A stretch of 64,000 nt of DNA from Nitrosomonas sp. (GTDB lineage Bacteria > Pseudomonadota > Gammaproteobacteria > Burkholderiales > Nitrosomonadaceae). Of the stretch, positions 56,960-64,000 are shown one piece after another. The notes beneath the pieces were generated by a model. That model saw only the letters and a program-made list of their open reading frames with translations. It made no database searches and was not told the origin of the DNA. Made by a program: the position numbers and the translations under genes. Where the stretch lies: NCBI GenBank assembly GCA_017879645.1, contig JAAEXZ010000001.1, positions 3,583-67,582 on the forward strand, in the 5' to 3' direction. Position 1 is the first letter of the stretch; every line of letters starts with the position of its first letter.

Positions 56960-58645
56960 TTAAAAGCGGAAGTTATATTGAACGTAGAAGAGATCAGGTG
57001 AAATGCCTGGTCGTTGCTTGTCAAGAAAACGTCCACTAAACATTTTCGAATAACCAAACAGCACATCCTGGTGACGACTGACGTGGAAGTTGAACCGGAA
57101 ATCAAATTCATCCCCGATATGACCGCCCGACTGACCGGTAAGGTCCCGAATGGTTGCCTGGCCAGCAGCGTTGTACAGAAAATCCCGGTCATTGGCCAGA
57201 TAGAAGCGATGGTACTGTGTAATAACCGTCAGCCACGGCATGGGATGCAGGGTAAATTGGGCATTGATGTCATGCATGTTCTGACGACCTACCCGATCCA
57301 AAAAACCGAGGTAGTAGTGACCGAATGGGAACAATTGATGGAAAGTGTTGCTTTTACCGTCTTTATTATTACCATCACCGGAGGCAAAGTCATAACGTAT
57401 CCATCCCTGTGGATTCATGGGAACTGGGAAACGGTAGCCGACACCGGTAGCCACTGCAAAAGCCGAAATATCCTGTCCGGATCGGCGGCCAAACTGGTAC
57501 ATACCTTCCAGTTCGTACAAGAAGTTGTCAAAGTTTCCAGCCAAGCGCGCACCCAATGTGTGTACATCCGAATTTCCCTGCATGAGGTTTCCGGCCAGCA
57601 GATTGGCTGTCGGAACGGGATTGTCATTGAGCAGACTCAGAAAATACAGATCAATGGTGTGACCGGGCTTGGGTTTGTTGGTAGCCCATAATCCGAAGAA
57701 ATTCTGCTGTGTATCCCAGTTATCGAGGTTACCCTTCTCAATAATCATCGGACGTGTCCAGAATGCATCGACATCCCACTCTGGTGAGCGCCAGAAAGCT
57801 TTCACACCCTGGAAGGTTCGACGTGTGTTAACCCAGTCCAAAGTTGAGATCAGTCTTTGTGAACCGTACATCAATTCTTGCCGACCGAAACGGATATAGA
57901 CCGGTCCATTGTTGATGTTTGCCAGTTTGATGTCGGTAAACAGGTTGAGAATGTCGGCATGGTTTCTATCGGTAACCAATGGCGACAACTCGGAACCGAA
58001 AGCACGTGCATCAAGCATTTCCGCGAAGAGGCGTACCTTGTCCCGATACCACAAGTCCGCATGAAAGCGGGTACGTAACAAATGGAAATCATTGTTCACC
58101 CCCGCTGCATTGAGGCGACTATCCGTTTCGTGGGTGTAGCGATACCAGAAGTTTCCGCCAAAAGAGAGTATCCAGTCATCACCAAAACGAATTCTCTTAA
58201 CCGGGTCAAAAATATCTTTTTCGTGACCTGGTGTGTCCATATAACGGAAATCGATGTCGTATGACGGGGTCGTCAGTAATGCGAAAGGTGCATAAGGTGC
58301 TACTGGCGGCTTCTCGCGTTTGTTTCCAGTCGCTAAATCCCATAGTGAATAGTATCCGGGACCGGTGGGGGGCAACAGAAAAGCACCTGGACGCGATGGA
58401 ATACTGACTACGGGAATTTTTGTGGTATCAAACGTGGAACTGGTTGATACCGGTGCTGGCGGTTTTGGTGCTGCTGCAGCACCGGTTGCTGCAGGTGCCG
58501 GTGCGGACGATGTAGCCGGGGCCGGAGCTGATTGTGCGCCCGTATTTTCCGTTTTCGCTGGAGCAGGGCTGGTGGCATGAACCTGTGCAGCTAAACACGT
58601 AATAGCGATGCAACTAATGGACAACTGATAGAGCTTATGCTTCAT
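56960..58645 (-). CDS. Outer-membrane beta-barrel, alginate-export (AlgE-like) family candidate
   Basis: Start set at MKHKLYQLSISCIAITCLAAQVHA (signal peptide). An Ala/Pro/Ser-rich linker follows. The amphipathic beta-strand-rich body ends in the OMP signature ...YVQYNFRF. Confidence 0.6.
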   Translation of the reverse strand: MKHKLYQLSISCIAITCLAAQVHATSPAPAKTENTGAQSAPAPATSSAPAPAATGAAAAPKPPAPVSTSSTFDTTKIPVVSIPSRPGAFLLPPTGPGYYSLWDLATGNKREKPPVAPYAPFALLTTPSYDIDFRYMDTPGHEKDIFDPVKRIRFGDDWILSFGGNFWYRYTHETDSRLNAAGVNNDFHLLRTRFHADLWYRDKVRLFAEMLDARAFGSELSPLVTDRNHADILNLFTDIKLANINNGPVYIRFGRQELMYGSQRLISTLDWVNTRRTFQGVKAFWRSPEWDVDAFWTRPMIIEKGNLDNWDTQQNFFGLWATNKPKPGHTIDLYFLSLLNDNPVPTANLLAGNLMQGNSDVHTLGARLAGNFDNFLYELEGMYQFGRRSGQDISAFAVATGVGYRFPVPMNPQGWIRYDFASGDGNNKDGKSNTFHQLFPFGHYYLGFLDRVGRQNMHDINAQFTLHPMPWLTVITQYHRFYLANDRDFLYNAAGQATIRDLTGQSGGHIGDEFDFRFNFHVSRHQDVLFGYSKMFSGRFLDKQRPGISPDLFYVQYNFRF

Positions 58646-59073
58646 TTTTTTGACCTTGTGCACTTTCGATTCAGCGCATGTTTCTGCTGAAAGGGGAAAA
58701 ATGCGTGATGGATTCATTACGGAACTCCTGTTTTATGAAATGAATATTGATAAACCCGCATTGCAACCTAAGAAAGTACTCGCAATTGCAAACAGAAGTA
58801 TCTTTTAAAGGGTATGGGCTTGTTTTCTTGAATAATCTAGGGCGCTATTATATGCGATAACGTTTTTTGTCAAAGCTAAGAATGAACAGTTTTGTGGATA
58901 CTAATCCGGCGTTGTGATGAGTGCCCTAATTTGTTGTATATAAAAGTATTAAATATCAGCCATATAAATATCGGTATTGATCAGGATCAAAAAGTATGAA
59001 TTGTTGTAAATAAGTGACACTGGATTGGAAGTGTGGAGGATGAGTTAAACTGAAAATTGATCCAGTCAGAATA

Positions 59074-59934
59074 TCAGCAGGATACCCTGACCGAAAAACC
59101 CAATGCTTTAATCCTTTCTCCAAAAGCGAGTAGCCATGATTCCTGCGCCGGTGCCAACCGAGCAGCTTCGGGTTGCAAGGAGGGGCGTGCAATTCCGTAG
59201 AGCAGAACACCTTGAAGAGGCATGTTTTCTTCCTTCAATTGCTTGAGAAACTTCAGGTAGGCATCGATTTCTTCAGTGCTGGGCAGGTTTCCATCCATTT
59301 GGAACATGCAGGTTTGTATCCATGTGGGGCAGAGAGACGTTGCAATGCCAAGATGACGGTGGATTTTCTTTAAACTGATCCGGACATTATTGATTTTCTG
59401 TCTTTCTTCTGCCAATGCGCGATCAAATTTGAACCAGACTTCTCCATTCAGTTGCGCCATGCGCTGCAAACCCACCTGAACGAAAGGTTGATGTATGAGG
59501 CTACCGTTGGTGATCAAAACCAATTTCAGGTCCATGGGCAATTTGTAGTCTGCGATGATCTTTCCAATCAATTCGATGACAGACTCGAATTCCTTGGCGC
59601 TGGTGGGTTCGCCATTTCCGGATAGAGCAATATCGTGGATTTTTCTGGCTTCTTCCGGCACATGCTGTTGCATGAAGTCACCTTCGGTCAGTTCGTGCAG
59701 AAAATTTCTTAGCTCGGCTTCCAGCTTGTTCAAGTCGACGCGCGGAGCGGAGCCGCGTTTGAGGTCGGGTACTTGGCAGTATACGCAGCGCCAGTTACAG
59801 GCATTGTTGGGATTGAGATTGATGCCGACCGACACGCCACCGGCACGTCGAGAAATGACAGGATAGACATAAGTCAGTCCAACACGATCGCGGCTGTGAT
59901 CCGTGGTGTTCAGTCGATCTTGTTTTGTTTGCAA
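59074..59934 (-). CDS. Radical SAM protein of unknown function
   Basis: CNWRCVYCQ cluster motif and LSGNGEPT SAM-binding motif. 286 aa. Divergent from queD with only 41 bp between the start codons. Confidence 0.75.
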   Translation of the reverse strand: MQTKQDRLNTTDHSRDRVGLTYVYPVISRRAGGVSVGINLNPNNACNWRCVYCQVPDLKRGSAPRVDLNKLEAELRNFLHELTEGDFMQQHVPEEARKIHDIALSGNGEPTSAKEFESVIELIGKIIADYKLPMDLKLVLITNGSLIHQPFVQVGLQRMAQLNGEVWFKFDRALAEERQKINNVRISLKKIHRHLGIATSLCPTWIQTCMFQMDGNLPSTEEIDAYLKFLKQLKEENMPLQGVLLYGIARPSLQPEAARLAPAQESWLLAFGERIKALGFSVRVSC

Positions 59935-59975
59935 TGTTACAATCCTATCTATTTTTGTTGCTGTTTCTCACAGGT

Positions 59976-60422
59976 ATGCTAATTACACGTAAGCTGGAAT
60001 TTGATGCAGGTCACCGCATTTCGACCCATACGAGCCAATGCCGTCACTTGCACGGCCATCGTTACATGATCGAGATCACGCTATCTGGTAACATTATCAC
60101 CGATGCGGGTGTGGCCCAGCAAGGCATGGTTATGGATTTCTCCGAAGTGAAGCAGATTGCAAAATCGGTATTGGTCGATCATTGGGACCATGCATTCCTG
60201 GTTTATGACGGTGATACCCAAGTTTTGCACTTTCTGCAATCATTGCAGGATCACAAGACGGTCGTGCTCGAAGTTCAGCCGACGGCTGAAAATTTGGCCC
60301 TGATAGCTTTTGGCATTCTGGATCATGCCTATCAGGACAGTTATGGCAACCATTTGCAACTGGAACGTGTGCGTTTGTTTGAAACTCCCAATTGCTGGGC
60401 GGATGCAGTACGTGGTGGATAA
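59976..60422 (+). CDS. queD: 6-carboxy-5,6,7,8-tetrahydropterin synthase
   Basis: PTPS/QueD motifs KLEFDAGHRI, CRHLHGHRY and the C-terminal FETPNCWA. Start set at ATG 59976. Confidence 0.85.
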   Translation: MLITRKLEFDAGHRISTHTSQCRHLHGHRYMIEITLSGNIITDAGVAQQGMVMDFSEVKQIAKSVLVDHWDHAFLVYDGDTQVLHFLQSLQDHKTVVLEVQPTAENLALIAFGILDHAYQDSYGNHLQLERVRLFETPNCWADAVRGG

Positions 60423-60442
60423 ATTTTCTCGATTATAAGGTT

Positions 60443-61228
60443 ATGTTCATTGATTCGCATTGTCACCTGGATTTTCCTGATTTAGCAAAAGATTTGCCTG
60501 AACTGCTGCGACAAATGCAGCATAACCAAGTTACGCACGCACTGTGTGTCAGTGTCAATTTGCCGGATTTCCCGCGTGTACGCGCCTTGGCTGAAACCCA
60601 CGAAAATCTGTTTGCTTCAGTTGGAGTGCACCCCGATTATGAAGAACAGCTCGAGCCGAAGGCTGAAGAGCTCGCCGAACTGGCGGCTCACCCCAAAGTG
60701 ATTGCCATTGGCGAAACGGGACTGGATTACTTTCGCTTGCAAGGTGATCTGGAATGGCAGCGGGAACGTTTCCGTCAACATATTCGGGCAGCCCGCATGG
60801 CAAAAAAACCCCTGATCATTCACACGCGCTCGGCTGCAGAAGATACGTTGCGCATCATGCGGGAAGAAGGTGCCGATCAGGTTGGCGGGGTCATGCACTG
60901 CTTCACGGAAAGTTGGGAAGTGGCACAGCAGGCGATCGCGATGAATTTTTATATTTCCTTTTCGGGTATCGTGACCTTCAAAAATGCCACGGCATTAAAG
61001 GAAGTGGCCAAAAATATCCCCCTGGACCGCATGCTGATCGAAACCGATTCTCCTTACCTGGCGCCTGTGCCTCATCGCGGAAAAGTCAACCAGCCTGCAT
61101 TTGTGCGTCATGTGGCAGAAGAAATCGCGCGGTTGCGGGATACTTCGCTGGAAAGCATTGCAACGGCGACCACCGACAATTTTTTCAATTTGTTCAAGGT
61201 GAATAGACATGAATGTGAAACTTGCTAA
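60443..61228 (+). CDS. TatD family metal-dependent hydrolase (DNase)
   Basis: FIDSHCHLDF, GETGLDY, IHTR, MHCF and ETDSPYL motifs. Start set at ATG 60443. Confidence 0.88.
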   Translation: MFIDSHCHLDFPDLAKDLPELLRQMQHNQVTHALCVSVNLPDFPRVRALAETHENLFASVGVHPDYEEQLEPKAEELAELAAHPKVIAIGETGLDYFRLQGDLEWQRERFRQHIRAARMAKKPLIIHTRSAAEDTLRIMREEGADQVGGVMHCFTESWEVAQQAIAMNFYISFSGIVTFKNATALKEVAKNIPLDRMLIETDSPYLAPVPHRGKVNQPAFVRHVAEEIARLRDTSLESIATATTDNFFNLFKVNRHECETC

Positions 61229-61865
61229 TTTTCAATGGACGACTTTTGTCATCGTGCTGGTTACGTTCTTCTATTCATCCAGCATGTATGCGGATGTTCA
61301 GGAGGATTTTTTCTGGGCTATTGAAAAAGGCAATTCTACGCAGGCGGCTGAGTGGCTGAAGAAAGGGGCCAATATCGACGCACCGAATGCCGAGGGCTAT
61401 ACGCCACTGATGGTGGCAGCACAAACCAGTAATCTGCACATGGCGCAATTTCTCGTCGAAGCCGGAGCAAACCCCAATATTCGTAACCGGTACGGAGAAA
61501 CGGCAATCATGCTGGCTAGTTATCATGGACAAACCGATATGGTGCGATTGCTGCATCTCAAAGGGGCCGATATTCATCATGACGGCTGGAACCCGTTACT
61601 CTATGCCGCATTCAATGGTCATCTGGATACCATACGTTGGCTCCTGGACAGTAATGCAAACATCAATGCCACATCCGACAATGGAACCACGCCACTGATG
61701 ATGGCAGTACGCGGCAATCATCGCGATGCGGTCGCTTTGCTGTTATCCAAGGGAGCGGATCCCGCAATCAAAAACGAACAGGGTGATAATGCACTGATCT
61801 GGGCAGAAAAACGCGATCATCAAAATATCGTCAAATTGCTAAAATCACAAAGCCAGTCCAAATAA
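61209..61865 (+). CDS. Secreted ankyrin-repeat protein
   Basis: Signal peptide (FVIVLVTFFYSSSMYA), then about five ANK repeats (GYTPLMVAAQ..., GETAIMLAS..., GWNPLLYAA..., GTTPLMMAV..., GDNALIWA). Overlaps the tatD 3' end by 20 nt. Confidence 0.85.
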   Translation: MNVKLANFQWTTFVIVLVTFFYSSSMYADVQEDFFWAIEKGNSTQAAEWLKKGANIDAPNAEGYTPLMVAAQTSNLHMAQFLVEAGANPNIRNRYGETAIMLASYHGQTDMVRLLHLKGADIHHDGWNPLLYAAFNGHLDTIRWLLDSNANINATSDNGTTPLMMAVRGNHRDAVALLLSKGADPAIKNEQGDNALIWAEKRDHQNIVKLLKSQSQSK

Positions 61866-61905
61866 TCACTCCTTTAGTCCATAACGCAATTTCATTCGAT
61901 AGCAC

Positions 61906-62646
61906 ATGGCCTCACTACACGGAAAAGTAGCAATCATTACCGGTTCTTCACGCGGGATCGGTGCGGAAGTGGCGAAGACGCTTGCCCATGCCGGTGCCCG
62001 TGTGGTTATCAACTATGTGGAAAATAAAAGTGCGGCGGATGCCCTCTGCAATGAAATTGCTACTGAGGGAGGAGAGTGTATTGCCGTCCAGGCCGATGTG
62101 GGCAATCCGGCAGCAGTAAAGCAGTTGTTCGATGCTGCACTGGAGCATTTCCAGCAGATCGATATTCTGGTGAATAATGCCGGGATTTTGCTGTTCAAGG
62201 AAATTGCTGACATCCAGGACGACGAATTCGATCGCATTCTAACGGTCAACCTCAAAAGCGTTTTTTATACCCTGCGCGAGGCGGCGAACAAGCTGGCTGA
62301 TCACGGCCGGATCGTCAATATTTCGAGTACCGTGACGCGGGTGATGATGCCCAAATATGGTGCCTATGCGGCAACCAAAGCCGGAGTGGAACAATTGACG
62401 CGCATTTTTGCGCGAGAAATGGGAAAACGCGGCATCACCGCCAATGCCATTCTGCCTGGTCCGATCGATACCGAACTGTTTCGTACCGGCAAGACCAGCG
62501 TCGATATTGAGCGCATGGCGGCCATGTCAGCGCTGGGGCGCATCGGTACGACTGATGATGTCGCTCAGGTCGTGCTGTTTCTGGTCAGTGACGAAGCAGC
62601 CTGGGTCAACGGGCAAACGATTGGCGTGAATGGTGGAATTATCTAA
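61906..62646 (+). CDS. SDR family oxidoreductase (3-oxoacyl-ACP reductase-like)
   Basis: TGSSRGIG cofactor motif, NNAG, and the catalytic YAATKAG. 246 aa. Confidence 0.85.
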   Translation: MASLHGKVAIITGSSRGIGAEVAKTLAHAGARVVINYVENKSAADALCNEIATEGGECIAVQADVGNPAAVKQLFDAALEHFQQIDILVNNAGILLFKEIADIQDDEFDRILTVNLKSVFYTLREAANKLADHGRIVNISSTVTRVMMPKYGAYAATKAGVEQLTRIFAREMGKRGITANAILPGPIDTELFRTGKTSVDIERMAAMSALGRIGTTDDVAQVVLFLVSDEAAWVNGQTIGVNGGII

Positions 62647-62667
62647 TTTGAATGAAGGGAGTGTTTG

Positions 62668-63792
62668 ATGCGTATCGGTGTACCCAAGGAAATTAAAACT
62701 CATGAATCCCGCGTTGGTTTGACGCCGACAGCGGTACGCGAACTCGTTTCCCATGGTCATCAGGTCATGGTGCAGAAGGATGCCGGAGTACAGATCGATC
62801 TGGGAGACGACAAGTATGTGACGGCAGGAGCCACGATAGCAGCGACCGCACAGGAAATTTATGCTGAGGCCGACCTGATCGTCAAGGTCAAGGAACCCCA
62901 ATCTTCGGAGATTCCCTGGTTGCGCGAGGGGCAGGTGTTGTTCACTTATTTGCATCTGGCACCCGATCCGGTACAAACGCAAGGTTTACTAGATTCCGGA
63001 TGTATTGCTATCGCGTATGAAACCGTGACTGACAGCTACGGCGGGCTTCCGCTACTGGCGCCGATGAGTGAAGTTGCCGGTCGTATGGCTATCCAGGCGG
63101 GCGCTCGTGCGCTTGAACTGGATCAGGGTGGGCGCGGCATGCTGCTGGGGGGTGTATCCGGTGTGCCGGCAGCACGTGTCGTTGTGCTGGGTGGCGGGGT
63201 AGTGGGCACCAATGCTGCCCGTATCGCCATGGGCGTAGAAGCTCATGTCACCGTGCTGGATAAATCCATTCATCGTTTGCAGCAATTGGATGCGCAATAC
63301 GGTTCCCGGATCAATACGGTTTTCTCCACCGTGGATGCGGTGGAGGAATATGTCTCTACCGCTGATCTGGTGATTGGTGCGGTGCTGGTGCCGGGTGGTG
63401 CAGCGCCTAAACTGGTCAGTCGGGAACTGGTTGGTCGCATGAATCGCGGCGCGGTGCTGGTCGACGTGGCCATCGATCAGGGCGGCTGTTTTGCAACATC
63501 CAAGCCGACCACGCTTGCTCATCCGATTTATAGCGTCGATGGCGTCGTGCACTACTGCGTGTCGAACATGCCCGGTGCCGTCGCCAGGACTTCCACCTTC
63601 GCGCTGAACAATGCGACACTGCCGTTTGTGCTGGCGCTCGCCAATAAAGGCTATCGTCAGGCACTATCAGATGATGTTCATTTACGCAATGGACTGAACA
63701 TTTTCAAGGGCCGCCTGACCTACGCTGCCGTGGCGCATGCCCTGGGGTTGGCTTACGTACCTGCCATGGATGTATTGAGTAAGGGACAATAG
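62668..63792 (+). CDS. ald: Alanine dehydrogenase
   Basis: MRIGVPKEIKTHESRVGLTP N-terminus, Rossmann VLGGGVVG, 374 aa. AAGGGA RBS 7 nt before ATG 62668. Confidence 0.92.
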   Translation: MRIGVPKEIKTHESRVGLTPTAVRELVSHGHQVMVQKDAGVQIDLGDDKYVTAGATIAATAQEIYAEADLIVKVKEPQSSEIPWLREGQVLFTYLHLAPDPVQTQGLLDSGCIAIAYETVTDSYGGLPLLAPMSEVAGRMAIQAGARALELDQGGRGMLLGGVSGVPAARVVVLGGGVVGTNAARIAMGVEAHVTVLDKSIHRLQQLDAQYGSRINTVFSTVDAVEEYVSTADLVIGAVLVPGGAAPKLVSRELVGRMNRGAVLVDVAIDQGGCFATSKPTTLAHPIYSVDGVVHYCVSNMPGAVARTSTFALNNATLPFVLALANKGYRQALSDDVHLRNGLNIFKGRLTYAAVAHALGLAYVPAMDVLSKGQ

Positions 63793-64000
63793 TTATGTAG
63801 ACATCAAATTCGGGATGGTTGACAATGCGGCAGTATGCCAGCGTTTGATATAGGGGATGGTCAGTAGCTTAGGTTCTGTTTGCACATAACGAATGAACCA
63901 TTGCAGCATGCCATCCCATTCTTGCACATGACCCGGCGGATACAACTGCCATTGTAGCTGCTCCAGAGTCCAGTTTGATTTGATGCTGTTGGTCAGCATC
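63793..64000 (-). CDS. 3' end of an unidentified gene whose start lies beyond the window
   Basis: The minus strand is open from the window edge to a TAA that abuts the ald stop codon. No motif recognised (…WTLEQLQWQLYPPGHVQEWDGMLQWFIRYV…). Confidence 0.35.
   Translation of the reverse strand, partial: MLTNSIKSNWTLEQLQWQLYPPGHVQEWDGMLQWFIRYVQTEPKLLTIPYIKRWHTAALSTIPNLMST

Noticed and set aside
57014-57691. 225-aa plus-strand ORF, and the Ala/Gly-rich ORF 58365..58580
   Set aside because: Both are antisense to the outer-membrane barrel gene. That gene has a signal peptide, beta-strand periodicity and a terminal Phe. The second ORF merely mirrors the Ala/Pro linker.
59074-59934. Calling the radical SAM gene next to queD 'queE'
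   Set aside because: It is 286 aa, longer than the ~210-aa QueE I recall from Burkholderia. The cluster motif context (CNWRCVYCQ) does not match the QueE sequences I remember. Adjacency alone is insufficient.
63052-63552. 166-aa minus-strand ORF inside ald
   Set aside because: It is antisense to an unmistakable alanine dehydrogenase and has His/Arg-rich, unnatural composition.
1-64000. Scan for tRNA/rRNA genes, CRISPR arrays, IS elements, integrases and phage genes
   Set aside because: No cloverleaf-like sequences, regularly spaced direct repeats, transposase or integrase-like ORFs, or terminal inverted repeats were recognised by eye. A tRNAscan, Infernal or ISfinder run would be needed for a definitive negative.

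Overview
Dense chromosomal segment, moderately AT-rich, with about 60 protein-coding genes. By eye I found no rRNA, tRNA, CRISPR array, transposase or integrase. Gene order and protein sequences look betaproteobacterial. A stand-alone phosphoribulokinase, an FNT nitrite/formate channel, glutathione-dependent formaldehyde detoxification and motAB suggest a motile chemolithoautotroph of the Nitrosomonas type. That assignment is inference only. Most of the window is housekeeping: trpA-accD-folC-SPOR-cvpA-purF, metZ, ppiB/ppiA, cysS, motAB, prk, uvrD, thrB, polA, rne/rluC, tesA/ybbA/ybbP, hemW, adhC-fghA, queD, tatD and ald. Several poorly understood modules sit between these genes. (1) Three dispersed paralogues (12889, 40988, 52610) encode an uncharacterised secreted protein resembling a TIM-barrel hydrolase, each with a conserved terminal C-x6-C tail. 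(2) A translationally coupled Memo-like / AMMECR1-like / radical-SAM trio (AmmeMemoRadiSam, 42537..45003) has unknown chemistry. (3) A stand-alone BLUF photoreceptor lies next to a PAS / degenerate-GGDEF / EAL protein. (4) An orphan GspG-like pseudopilin sits 12 nt upstream of a large sensor HAMP-GGDEF-EAL protein. (5) An LpxK-like protein has eroded catalytic motifs. (6) A short Lon-protease relic lies in a gene-poor stretch. (7) A small secreted TIGR04073-like protein forms an operon with a membrane coiled-coil protein, beside a very AT-rich spacer. All family assignments come from motif recognition by eye, not from searches.
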